Virus record (IMG/VR): IMGVR_UViG_3300003618_000228
DNA from: an uncultured virus (IMG/VR IMGVR_UViG_3300003618_000228)
Taxonomy: Duplodnaviria; Heunggongvirae; Uroviricota; Caudoviricetes
Reading direction: 5' to 3' (one strand)
Length of the DNA stretch: 64,000 bases
The notes below the pieces were generated by a model, which was not told the origin of the DNA, ran no database searches, and saw nothing but the letters and a program-made list of their open reading frames with translations. Shown one piece after another: positions 9,131-18,733 of this stretch; the stretch's first letter is position 1, and every line of letters begins with the position of its first letter. The position numbers were made by a program, and so were the translations under genes.

Positions 9131-10904
9131 TTGAACCCCGTAACTTTAATGCACTGTCCCAACCATGTTCTTTAAAGAATTTAATCCTGTCATGATCGTG
9201 ATCAGCGTCTGAAGGTAATGATGCTTTAACTGACCCTGGGTCACCACGCGTCGGCCATGCGATTCGCATAGTGTCTTCATTATAGCCAATGGCTTCTGCT
9301 AATTCTGGATCAACGTCATGAAGTTTTTGTTTCCTAATGTAATCTATTTTGTATATTAAATCATGCAATTGAGACCTTGCTTTTTCGACACTGTCAGTAA
9401 CTACAACTGAATCGTTATTCATATAGTCGACTATACTCATGATGTCCGAAACATAGTCTTTACCGTCCTTTAACGTTTTAACTCGCTTGAAGTTACCCAT
9501 ATGACCACCTCGACTCTCAATACCACTACTGTCAACAATAGGTTCACGTCCAAAATTCATCTCAGTAAGTAAATCATCATGATCCCAGTTATAATTCGTT
9601 AGTAAATCTGTTACAATCTTCTTATAGTCGTCCGGCAATATGGTNATATTAAAATGATTTGGCATATGCATTAGGTTCAAGTACCATAGATCAACGTTAA
9701 TCGAGCGTATCCATTCGAAGATATCGGGTATACTCTTTATGTTCAATAGGCTTATTGTACTGCATATCTCTGTAGTCATGTTAAGAAACTTATTGTCGCA
9801 TAGGTAATTTATATTATAGTTAACTTCTTCCCACTTAGCACCGTACCGTTGATACTCGAATTTGTCTCCAATATCGTCTATACTGAAGGACATTTTAACC
9901 CACTTAAAGTGTGGCCAAATTTCTTCTAATGCGTGTTTAGGCAGCTGTGTACCATTGGTATTATAGTGTAGGTCAATATTTTTAGCATAGCCTTTGTCTA
10001 TAGCTACCTGCAGGAAGTCAAAATGTTCTTGTATAAGCCATGATTCACCCCCGGTAAACTCTAAATGTACTATATTCGGCAGTAATTCATCTGCTAAGTT
10101 GCGCCAAAAAGCATCATTCTCACGTGGCCAATTACCCAATTTTAATCTCTTATACGACATAGTTCGTTTTAAATGTTCTTTTGGCACGTTCTCAAACTCG
10201 TATGCTATATCCATCTCATCCTGAGACCATTTAGAACTACTAGCACTACCGCATATTCGGCACTTCAAATTGCATATAGAGCCTAATTTTAAATCAAGAT
10301 ACTTCATTGAAGAATCAGTTACCTCGTCAATGAATATAGTATTACTAACGTCGGAATGTTGACAAAAAGTTTCTGCCCAATGTATACGTTTACTCTTTAT
10401 ACCGGCATCTTCTTCATCCCAACATTTTTTACATGAACGTGGCTTTTTACCTGCCTTAAAGTCCGATCTCAACTGTTTCATATAGTTGGATTGGAATACT
10501 TCAGACAATGTTGAATTATTTAAATGCCATACAGTTGGAATTGTTGCATGCATACCATGGTGCCAATAATAATTATTAGGGTGAACTTGAAGTTTCTCTA
10601 TAGTCAAATCTTCTTGTGTTAATGGCCAGTGTTTTGGGTCGGCAAGCTCGGCTGGTAATTCATTTGCTGATATTACATTGTCTGGCATTGCCGCAATCTC
10701 TTGATCTTCAGGGGATAATTCACTTAGATCCTTAAAGATTGGATTCTCTGCCATACAGCATTGCTTACATTCTCCTGTTGCACTCGCTTCTAAATGCATG
10801 AATGGTAGATAGCATAGTGTAGGTACTGCTTTAAACGCTGGACTCTTTCTCGTGATAAACTCTATAGAGTCTTTTAAATTATTTTTTGCTGATGATTCGG
10901 TCAT
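9117..10904 (-). CDS. Radical SAM protein with N-terminal twitch domain (long, with insertions)
   Basis: CYLPFMH...CKQCC...CKKCW, core CNLKCRIC, TGGE and YNTNGT. Confidence 0.9.
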   Translation of the reverse strand: MTESSAKNNLKDSIEFITRKSPAFKAVPTLCYLPFMHLEASATGECKQCCMAENPIFKDLSELSPEDQEIAAMPDNVISANELPAELADPKHWPLTQEDLTIEKLQVHPNNYYWHHGMHATIPTVWHLNNSTLSEVFQSNYMKQLRSDFKAGKKPRSCKKCWDEEDAGIKSKRIHWAETFCQHSDVSNTIFIDEVTDSSMKYLDLKLGSICNLKCRICGSASSSKWSQDEMDIAYEFENVPKEHLKRTMSYKRLKLGNWPRENDAFWRNLADELLPNIVHLEFTGGESWLIQEHFDFLQVAIDKGYAKNIDLHYNTNGTQLPKHALEEIWPHFKWVKMSFSIDDIGDKFEYQRYGAKWEEVNYNINYLCDNKFLNMTTEICSTISLLNIKSIPDIFEWIRSINVDLWYLNLMHMPNHFNXTILPDDYKKIVTDLLTNYNWDHDDLLTEMNFGREPIVDSSGIESRGGHMGNFKRVKTLKDGKDYVSDIMSIVDYMNNDSVVVTDSVEKARSQLHDLIYKIDYIRKQKLHDVDPELAEAIGYNEDTMRIAWPTRGDPGSVKASLPSDADHDHDRIKFFKEHGWDSALKLRGSNEGI

Positions 10905-11035
10905 ATTAAAGATTTCCCCAGTAAGATCTACTATAGTAAACCACTGTGTTTATTACTCTGTCGTATACGGTTCGGCATAGTCAACCATTCACTGGAAGCC
11001 ATCCTATAGAGCGGGCTCTGTCGCAACGTTCTTAT

Positions 11036-11064
11036 ATTATAACATTGTATAGTCATTATGTCAA
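11036..11064 (-). promoter_or_regulatory. Consensus sigma70-type promoter
   Basis: On the minus strand, TTGACA (11064-11059), 17 nt, TATAAT (11041-11036), with an extended -10 TG. Confidence 0.8.
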
Positions 11065-12300
11065 CCCTTTAAACTCTGGAAAGGTATTACTGAATGATTC
11101 GTTACGGATGGAATCCATCTTGGCCGTTAATTTGATAAAGTCTTCTAACAATGTAGGTATACTCGGTTGTTGAATAAAGTTTATAGCACTCTTATAACCA
11201 TTGGTTGCTCTTTGCATTGAGTCGATAGGACTGATATAGTCGATATGTTTATAATACTTAGCTATAATCGCTTCCTTGTCTATATCTTTAAGATTGTCTA
11301 TACGGTAGTAGGGTGGATTCATCAGTATGTTAATGTTGAAATCTTGTGCTTTAATTAAACCCTTATCGATCCACTCACGGTGAAAGTCTGGCATATGATA
11401 CGAATTCAGTATACTCAACGTGCAACTAATGTAGAAGTCAACGTCTGGGCATACCCGTAACATCTTCTCACGATTGGACTCTATATCTCCCCATACTGTT
11501 TCCTTCCTTATATACTCTCCTCGTATACCCGAACCGTCTAATGAAGCACCTATACTAACGGAGTCAAACTCTTTCCACATATCCAGTATACTCAATTGCT
11601 TATATTTGAGTTGCGAAAAATTGGTATTGTATATTAACTTAACGTCTGTTCGACCTTGCTTAATCAACTCCGCAATAATCTCCCAATGTGCGGCCATCAT
11701 TAGGGGTTCTCCACCAGCGAAATATATCTGTTCTACGTATGGTATATGCCTTAAACATTCTTCTATATCCAGGTTACACTCAATTACTTTAGTATGATCA
11801 GGCTTACTACCGTGTAATGCCTCATAGTCTTGATACCAATTAGAGCTAAAGAGTGGACCACACGATCGGCAACGGAAGTTACATAGGTTACTAAACCGAA
11901 CATCCCAGTATACTATCTCGAACGGTGGCTCTATAGAACGCGCCTTACTAACGTGATGACCGAAATGTTTATTAGCTGATACCCGGCCGCTCATAAAGCC
12001 ATTCTTATCTTGTTCATAACACTTAGTACACTCTGGTAATGCTATACCGTTTATCATTTTACGTCTTACGTTTACCATATGGTCACTATGCCAAATCTCC
12101 TCTAGGGTATTGTCGTTAAGATTACCTATAGGCATATCCATATCAGACATACAGCATAGGTGAACGGTAGAGTCTGGGTATGCGTGAGTATGAATCCACG
12201 GTAAGATACAGAACGTAGGGTTCTCCGTTAATACTAATTGTTCGTATCGTGGAAGGTCTTCTAGGTTAACCTTTACTGGTCGTTTATCGTTATAGTCCAT
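11056..12300 (-). CDS. Radical SAM protein with N-terminal twitch domain
   Basis: FCILPWIH...HLCC...CTKCY, core CNFRCRSC and FAGGEP. Confidence 0.92.
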   Translation of the reverse strand: MDYNDKRPVKVNLEDLPRYEQLVLTENPTFCILPWIHTHAYPDSTVHLCCMSDMDMPIGNLNDNTLEEIWHSDHMVNVRRKMINGIALPECTKCYEQDKNGFMSGRVSANKHFGHHVSKARSIEPPFEIVYWDVRFSNLCNFRCRSCGPLFSSNWYQDYEALHGSKPDHTKVIECNLDIEECLRHIPYVEQIYFAGGEPLMMAAHWEIIAELIKQGRTDVKLIYNTNFSQLKYKQLSILDMWKEFDSVSIGASLDGSGIRGEYIRKETVWGDIESNREKMLRVCPDVDFYISCTLSILNSYHMPDFHREWIDKGLIKAQDFNINILMNPPYYRIDNLKDIDKEAIIAKYYKHIDYISPIDSMQRATNGYKSAINFIQQPSIPTLLEDFIKLTAKMDSIRNESFSNTFPEFKGLT

Positions 12301-12487
12301 AATTGATTATATTCCTTTCGTTGAATAAAAGTTTATACGTTTAAACAAAATAAAAAAGTTTTCAAAAACGTTGGGGCAATGTGACACAGAATAATATTTG
12401 GGCATGTTATGGCCTATGCATTTTTTTAGTCGCTCGAAATATTCTGCCCTATAGGAAAAATTTTTCTCTCGTTCGTGTAACGTAGAA

Positions 12488-12754
12488 TCATCCGTCTCTG
12501 CGATCAATTGATATTTGCCAAATTCCTTCCCAACCTCTGCCATAACTTACTTCATGCCCGGCCGGGTTCCAATCTACAGGATAAAACAGTACCTGTGGAA
12601 ATGATGGTGCTACTATAAAGGATCCTTCTAACCATTTACCATTTATTCTAACTAAAAATTTCTCACCCGGGTAATCTACATTCAACGTCATACGCTTTTG
12701 ACCACTGTTGGATTTCAATAATACATCCAAGTTGATTGGGTACAGTGATATCAT
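12488..12754 (-). CDS. Small hypothetical protein
   Basis: ORF track, same strand as the operon; no family recognised. Confidence 0.45.
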   Translation of the reverse strand: MISLYPINLDVLLKSNSGQKRMTLNVDYPGEKFLVRINGKWLEGSFIVAPSFPQVLFYPVDWNPAGHEVSYGRGWEGIWQISIDRRDG

Positions 12755-12796
12755 GTTTAATTAAAGAATAGCAACATAATAAGTGGCTGAGAATTC

Positions 12797-13123
12797 TCAA
12801 AGAAGGGCACCATAAAACAAGGTACGTATAGAATATTGTCTATGATCATACGAGTATTTAGTGTGCTTACTGTTATGTTCATTCATAAATTCACGATACT
12901 CGTCAATCTTATTTTCATGCACACATGCAAGTCTAACCATTGCAACTTTATTTTCAAATATAGTATTGAAACTTTCCAATACTTGTTGTTGAAATGCTGT
13001 ATCCACTATTTGTGTTTCACATAAATCATTAGTTTCAAACGTAGTTACTTCATTAATAGTATACCAGTATTGAGGAAGTCCACTATTAAGGAGTACTACT
13101 ATCATAGCAATAATATAAGTCAT
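12797..13123 (-). CDS. Hypothetical protein with N-terminal hydrophobic/signal segment
   Basis: MTYIIAMIVVLLNSG... followed by a soluble region with two Cys. Confidence 0.55.
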   Translation of the reverse strand: MTYIIAMIVVLLNSGLPQYWYTINEVTTFETNDLCETQIVDTAFQQQVLESFNTIFENKVAMVRLACVHENKIDEYREFMNEHNSKHTKYSYDHRQYSIRTLFYGALL

Positions 13124-13201
13124 GTTGTTCCGATCCTATATCTGTAGTGTATAAAATTTTCGCCAGACCAGGTATTCGGCTGGGTGTGACTCGGCGCCGC
13201 C

Positions 13202-14515
13202 CTACTCATTGTATAATTGCCCTAGTTCTGGGAATACTTCTAATAAGTTTTCGTTGCGATGCGTGTCGTATTTGTTTATTTCTTCTTTAAACTTCGGTAG
13301 TAAGTCTGTTCTGTCTTCGCTCATCATAAAGTTTATTGCGGCGTCAAAGCCGTTTGATGCTCGTTGAATATCATCTGTATCCTTAATATTATTTAAATGT
13401 TCTGTGTATAGTACTTTTATTTCTTCCTTCATCGTTGTTGGTAGTATAGTAGTTCTGTAGTAGTCGGGTCCTTGTAATATGTTTACGTGGAAGTCGAACA
13501 CTTGTATTAATCCTTTATTGACCCAATCATTGTGAAAGTCTGGTAAGTGATAAGCGTTTAATACTTGTAGCGTGGCACTTGGGAAGAAGTCTACATCAGG
13601 ACATACTTGTAGCATTTCGGTTCTGTTGCGTTCTATTGTGTCCCAGTGTGTTCCTTTCCTGATGTATTCTGCTCGCTTTCCCATTCCGTCTAGAGATGCG
13701 CCTATGGAAACGTCTTCGAACTCTTTCCATACATCAAATACTAAGCGACCTTTATACTTAACTTCACTAAAATTAGTGTTGTATATTAACTGTGTATCGA
13801 ACTTCTTTCGTTTAACTAGTTCATCTATTAGTTTCCAATGCTCTTCCATCATAAGAGGTTCGCCGCCAGCAAAGTATATCTTGTCCAAGTTATCTATGTA
13901 TGGTTCTATCATTTCCCAGTTGGTGTGTTTGTTGCCTGTAGTGTATTCTATTTTAAACGAAGTACCGCCATACATCTCATTAAGCTCTTTACCCCATACA
14001 GAACTAAATTGTGGTCCACACATGCGGCATTTAAAGTTACATTGATTGGTAAAACGTGTGTCCCAGTATATAATATTAGGCAACGAAGCACCATCATGTA
14101 GTGTGCCGTTTATTGTTTCTATAGCGTATGCGAAGTTTCTATTGCTTTCGTTACGTAATGAGTAGAAGCCATTACGTTCTTTCTCATAACAGTTAACACA
14201 TTCTTTACACGGGATACCATTGAGCATGTTGTGTCGCATGGTACGATATGGCGCATCATTCCATATATCTTCTACTGTGTCGTTACGTAAGTTGCCTACT
14301 GGTTCTTCGGAGACAGATATACAACATGGATAAGCTTCTCCAGTAGACGAACCATGTATGTGTATCCACGGCAGTATACAAAAGTGTTTGCTTTCCGTTA
14401 ATAAATTATATTGTTTGGGTGTAAAAAATTCTACAGGTAATTGTTGTTTGTTCTTATCTAACAGTACTGTTTTGGAATCGTAAGGGTTGTCCTTACTTAA
14501 AAATCCCTTATCCAT
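13202..14515 (-). CDS. Radical SAM protein with N-terminal twitch domain (close paralog of 11056..12300)
   Basis: FCILPWIH...YPCC...CVNCY, core CNFKCRMC and FAGGEP. Confidence 0.92.
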   Translation of the reverse strand: MDKGFLSKDNPYDSKTVLLDKNKQQLPVEFFTPKQYNLLTESKHFCILPWIHIHGSSTGEAYPCCISVSEEPVGNLRNDTVEDIWNDAPYRTMRHNMLNGIPCKECVNCYEKERNGFYSLRNESNRNFAYAIETINGTLHDGASLPNIIYWDTRFTNQCNFKCRMCGPQFSSVWGKELNEMYGGTSFKIEYTTGNKHTNWEMIEPYIDNLDKIYFAGGEPLMMEEHWKLIDELVKRKKFDTQLIYNTNFSEVKYKGRLVFDVWKEFEDVSIGASLDGMGKRAEYIRKGTHWDTIERNRTEMLQVCPDVDFFPSATLQVLNAYHLPDFHNDWVNKGLIQVFDFHVNILQGPDYYRTTILPTTMKEEIKVLYTEHLNNIKDTDDIQRASNGFDAAINFMMSEDRTDLLPKFKEEINKYDTHRNENLLEVFPELGQLYNE

Positions 14516-15878
14516 TAGATAGTGTTCCGTACCATCGTTCTAAGTTAGGAAACGTCTGTATGAGGTTTTTGCCTCTACGTTCATCATATTGTCTATAAAA
14601 GTGATAGAAGTCATTCTCTAAAGCAGGTTGTTCAAACGTATCGCTGTGTGGTTTGTCTACTACATCTAAGTAGTCTATTAAACGGTTTATATGATTCTTT
14701 TCCATCTCATGCAAAAGCGGGTTATCAAAATTAAGTATTCGCCACAAACTTAGGGTATAACGATAACTCGAGCGCAAGTATTTTGGTAGCACTAACGGTG
14801 ATTGGAATGATGGAAAGCGTAATATGTTTAGAGTAAACGTTGGAAAATCCTCTCCGTACTCGCTCTTTAACAGCAGTACAAAGTCCAGGAACTTAGGTAA
14901 CGAGTCTAAACATAAACTGTTTACAGTACACATCATATGAAAGCCTTCTAAGTTGCCTTCTTTGCACACACGATGGACGTTATTAACCCAAGTATCCCAC
15001 TCTAACCCGTCTCTAATATACTCTGCTTGTGCGCCAAATGCTTCACAAGATGTGTATAGATGTAAGTGGGGTACGTGTTGTGCGTTTTCTATAAAGCGAT
15101 CTATTAGATCGTCTTTAGCACCTAAGTTAGAGTTAATAGCGAGCCGCATATCGGACTTCTTATTGGTAGTTCTAAACCAATCAAACAACTTCCATATCTC
15201 ACCAGCCATCATAGGTTCACCACCAGTAATGCGTAGTTCGTCTAGTGTGTCGTGTAACTCTAACTCCCACCATTTCCAAAAGGCTTCTACGTATGGGTTA
15301 ACTTCGTCGTGCTTGTATAACTGTGCTTCGTTGTGTTCGTGTGTAAAATGGTTGCGTCCGTCTGACTTTAACTGTGTATACGCACCGTTGTTCTTTACAT
15401 CTTTAACCCAAGAACTACTAAAGGCGGGATTGCAATAAGAGCAACTAAAATTACAAGTCCTATCAAAGGCAATTTCCAATGTACGTAGAGCAAAATTCTC
15501 TGTAGGTTCTTCTTGTTTAACATGATATACGTCTTCCTCGTCGTATATAACAGACTTATGGACACGATCAGAGATAGCGTCGGGTCCAATGTCTTCTATC
15601 TTCCAGCAATACTCACAGCCTGGTGGACGTTCGCCCGCAAGCATTTGTGTTCTATCCTGCTTCTTTTGCTGTGTGTTGTGTATAGCGGCAGGGTTTGTTG
15701 CTAGTTCTTTAATGTCTATCTTATGTGCTGGAGGGTGATGGCAACTAGTAGTCATACCACTCCCAAGCCATATGGTAGCATTGCGCCATTTAGCCATACA
15801 AAAGGATGGACTTACTGTGGTGTTAAGCCATCGCTTAATGTCTAAATCTGTTTCCCTACCCGGCGTTCTTAGCGTCAT
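14508..15878 (-). CDS. Radical SAM protein with N-terminal twitch domain (second subfamily)
   Basis: FCMAKW...SCHHPP...CEYCW, core CNFSCSYC and TGGEP. Confidence 0.92.
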   Translation of the reverse strand: MTLRTPGRETDLDIKRWLNTTVSPSFCMAKWRNATIWLGSGMTTSCHHPPAHKIDIKELATNPAAIHNTQQKKQDRTQMLAGERPPGCEYCWKIEDIGPDAISDRVHKSVIYDEEDVYHVKQEEPTENFALRTLEIAFDRTCNFSCSYCNPAFSSSWVKDVKNNGAYTQLKSDGRNHFTHEHNEAQLYKHDEVNPYVEAFWKWWELELHDTLDELRITGGEPMMAGEIWKLFDWFRTTNKKSDMRLAINSNLGAKDDLIDRFIENAQHVPHLHLYTSCEAFGAQAEYIRDGLEWDTWVNNVHRVCKEGNLEGFHMMCTVNSLCLDSLPKFLDFVLLLKSEYGEDFPTFTLNILRFPSFQSPLVLPKYLRSSYRYTLSLWRILNFDNPLLHEMEKNHINRLIDYLDVVDKPHSDTFEQPALENDFYHFYRQYDERRGKNLIQTFPNLERWYGTLSNG

Positions 15879-16210
15879 AACATTCCCATTTCTAGTTTAG
15901 CATGTTCTGGTATCATCTCTGGCCCCCAAGTTGGGTCAAACGTCATATCTACTTTAATGTCATTGAGACCACCAACGTCACATGCCTCATTTACTTGTTG
16001 ATATAACATGTCGCCAACAGGGCAAAACGGTGATGTTAACGTCATTGTTACTGTTAAGTTTAAATCCTCAGTAATATCTATGTCATATATTAAACCTAAG
16101 TCGTATATATTGATATGTATTTCAGGATCATATATCTGTCGTAAGTTGTTTACTATTTGATCTACTATAGGATCAATGCCTTCTTCATATGTTGTTGCGT
16201 GTGTGTTCAT
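15875..16210 (-). CDS. SufT/PaaD/MIP18 (DUF59) Fe-S cluster assembly protein
   Basis: LRQIYDPEIHINIYDLGLIY...MTLTSPFCP...FDPTW motif. Confidence 0.92.
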   Translation of the reverse strand: MNTHATTYEEGIDPIVDQIVNNLRQIYDPEIHINIYDLGLIYDIDITEDLNLTVTMTLTSPFCPVGDMLYQQVNEACDVGGLNDIKVDMTFDPTWGPEMIPEHAKLEMGML

Positions 16211-17637
16211 AATTGTGCTAACCTCTTACATTCTTCCCACCAGTCTATCATCTCTGGGAATGTTTCTATAAAGTTAGTGCCACGACGGGTGTCGTGCTCG
16301 TTAAAAAAGCGATAAAAGTCTGCTTTACAATTGTTTACATATACTGGATCTAACTTACTACCTTCCTGCCACCATGCTAAGTCTCTATGCATACGTTGAA
16401 TTTCATAATCTTTAAAGCCTTTAAAGCGAGATTTCTCGTCTTCCATGTTATCTAACATCCAACATGTGTTCTCTTCGTGTATATCTTGGTATGGTTCAGG
16501 CAATAACTGTATGCTTTGCCAAGCAGGCTGTCGTAATAGCGGTGTATCAAACCATATACGTTGATAAGTTTCACTATATGCTTGTCGCAAACCGTGTATA
16601 TAGCCTAATAACTTATCCATTCCTGTAATACTTAAATTGTTATATGTTATAATAAACGTTAAAGAGTTTCTATACGGAACTTCCGTTAAGTATGTGTTGA
16701 TATTATCGCACATCTTATTAAAGTCTAACCCATTACGTATATACTCGGCTTGTTCCAGCCAACTGTCTACACTAACGTATTGCATAAAGTGTTCTACTTT
16801 CTCTTCCAAGCATATGCGTTTAACTTTTTCTAAGTATTTGTCAAACAATTTGTTGTCTACTGGACTAAAGTTACTTGTAACGTTTAAATGTAAGTCGCTT
16901 TTGGGATTGTCTATAATGTAATCAAATACTTTATGTGTATTTTTATCCATCATAGGCTCACCACCAGTCATACGGAAATGCTTTAAGTCTTTATATAAGT
17001 CAGGCCACCACTCCCAAAACGCTTCTACATAAGGATTATACTTGCTGTGTGGTATGCAAGGGTTAATCTCAAAGTGTTCAGGTGCGTTATGTGGTTTAGA
17101 TGTAGGCCAGGCACCGTGTTGTTTCATTTCTTTATCCCACGCAGTACTAAATTGCGGACTGCAATAACTACATTTTAAGTTACAGTTGTGGTTAAAGTTT
17201 ACTTCTACATAACGCGGGTTCTTATCAGCATCCCAAGGAGCATTAACTACTTCGTCAAAGTCCATTGCGGCCCACGGCTCACCACTTCTGTAATGCCTAT
17301 CACTCATATGCCCAGTATCTTCTATGTTCCAACAGTACTGACACTCGCTAGGACGTACACCTTCTAGCATAAGTTTACGCATTTCTTTCTTATGTTGGGT
17401 GTTGTGTAGAGCAGACGGTGTGCCTAACTCCATTTTATGTAGTGGTGGGTGGTAACAACTGTTGTTTAATCCAGTTGGTAAATGTAAACTAACTTGGTTC
17501 CACTTTGCAAGACAAAAGGATGGTGATACAGAGTCTAACTGTACTTTAATATCCTCGGCACTTCTATAGAAATCTGACTTAAACTTACCATCCTTAACTT
17601 CTATTTTGTCGCCCTTATTGTCTTTAAAAAGTTCCAT
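16207..17637 (-). CDS. Radical SAM protein with N-terminal twitch domain (paralog of 14508..15878)
   Basis: FCLAKW...SCYHPP...CQYCW, core CNLKCSYC and TGGEP. Confidence 0.92.
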   Translation of the reverse strand: MELFKDNKGDKIEVKDGKFKSDFYRSAEDIKVQLDSVSPSFCLAKWNQVSLHLPTGLNNSCYHPPLHKMELGTPSALHNTQHKKEMRKLMLEGVRPSECQYCWNIEDTGHMSDRHYRSGEPWAAMDFDEVVNAPWDADKNPRYVEVNFNHNCNLKCSYCSPQFSTAWDKEMKQHGAWPTSKPHNAPEHFEINPCIPHSKYNPYVEAFWEWWPDLYKDLKHFRMTGGEPMMDKNTHKVFDYIIDNPKSDLHLNVTSNFSPVDNKLFDKYLEKVKRICLEEKVEHFMQYVSVDSWLEQAEYIRNGLDFNKMCDNINTYLTEVPYRNSLTFIITYNNLSITGMDKLLGYIHGLRQAYSETYQRIWFDTPLLRQPAWQSIQLLPEPYQDIHEENTCWMLDNMEDEKSRFKGFKDYEIQRMHRDLAWWQEGSKLDPVYVNNCKADFYRFFNEHDTRRGTNFIETFPEMIDWWEECKRLAQL

Positions 17638-17807
17638 AGTTTACTTAGGCTTTTTCTTTTTCTTTGTTTTATCTTTACCTGGTTTGTCTCTACTTTTACT
17701 TTCCATCCTTGCCTCCCTTTTTTTCTAGTTGTATCAGTAGGTCCAAACTCTCCCATGCTTTTACCATGTAGTTTAGTTCTACTAAAGTTATAAAGGTCAT
17801 GATTCAT
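17601..17807 (-). CDS. Small Lys-rich hypothetical protein
   Basis: 68-aa ORF coupled to the upstream stop (TAATG at 17807). Confidence 0.5.
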   Translation of the reverse strand: MNHDLYNFSRTKLHGKSMGEFGPTDTTRKKGRQGWKVKVETNQVKIKQRKRKSLSKLWNFLKTIRATK

Positions 17808-18733
17808 TACCAGCCTTCAATGCCGCGTATTACATCTAATTCTTGTATCATTATATCATAGTTTGTGTGCTTGCTGTAATGTGTTTTAAAGAACTTACTT
17901 GCTTCAGCATCCATTTCGCATATAGGCATACCTAATTTGTTCTGTAATATTTCTCCTATACGCTCTGCTTCATCCCATGGGTTTTGCATTTCGTATTCTC
18001 CATGATATATCTCATTGAGGTATGTAAAGTCTCTTACATTAATGTAATCCCAATCGGTAAGCATAGTTAAATATGTGCCTAACCGTGCGCCGTATATACT
18101 CCATATGCCGTGCTCAACATCGCGTCCTACAGTTTGCCATATACATAAGTTATCTAAGTTACGAGCGTGTATTTGTTGTTCAAATGTTTTTAAATCAGGT
18201 TTAGTTCCTTTGTTTAAAACCATCTTAACACCTTCTCTAAACCCAGCACGCCATGCGTGTAATGCTGAACCATTTGGGTATGTTGTGCTATAGCAGTTAT
18301 GCATTGGTCTGTAGTTGTCGTCAAAACAAAACTCTACTAATGTTTCATCAGAACCATCAGTGTTCTCATGTGTAGTCATGTTTAAAACAAAGTCCACAGG
18401 CCAACAACTTAACCCACCATTACCATACATTAGTCCGTTTATAATATTACGACCCTTCCATCTAAACACACAATGTTTAGTAACATCATCCAATGTTAAT
18501 TGTAAGTTAAAAAACTCTGGGTCGGGTAAGTTATCACCGTCTATTAAAACAAATCGTCCTGAGGGAGAAGCTCTAGCCGCGGCCTTGTGTGCGGCATCTG
18601 ATCCTTCTATACCATCAATGTGTATTGCCCATGGCACCATGTTTAGTATCTTGGCCCAAAACTCATCCTTTTGTGGCTCATCGTATGTTAAGTATATGCA
18701 ATCTAAGTCAGCAATGTCAACTATTTCAGTCAT
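17807..18733 (-). CDS. Putative glycosyltransferase (GT-A fold)
   Basis: IYLTYDEP...GSDAAHKAAA...FVLIDGDN (DxD)...YGNGGL. Start refined to MTEIVD at 18733, which has an AAGGA SD. Confidence 0.65.
   Translation of the reverse strand: MTEIVDIADLDCIYLTYDEPQKDEFWAKILNMVPWAIHIDGIEGSDAAHKAAARASPSGRFVLIDGDNLPDPEFFNLQLTLDDVTKHCVFRWKGRNIINGLMYGNGGLSCWPVDFVLNMTTHENTDGSDETLVEFCFDDNYRPMHNCYSTTYPNGSALHAWRAGFREGVKMVLNKGTKPDLKTFEQQIHARNLDNLCIWQTVGRDVEHGIWSIYGARLGTYLTMLTDWDYINVRDFTYLNEIYHGEYEMQNPWDEAERIGEILQNKLGMPICEMDAEASKFFKTHYSKHTNYDIMIQELDVIRGIEGW

Noticed and set aside
7718..9645. N bases at 7718-7720 and 9645 as possible frameshifts or pseudogenes
   Set aside because: The reading frames and motifs continue through them; they are assembly ambiguities.
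10955..10980. GTATACGGTTC resembling the 3' half of group II intron domain V
   Set aside because: There is no matching 5' arm with an AGC/CGC triad and no RT gene, and the flanking genes are intact.
12307..12543. 78-aa ORF from the track
   Set aside because: It runs through A/T-tract low-complexity DNA and gives an implausible protein; not supported as a gene.
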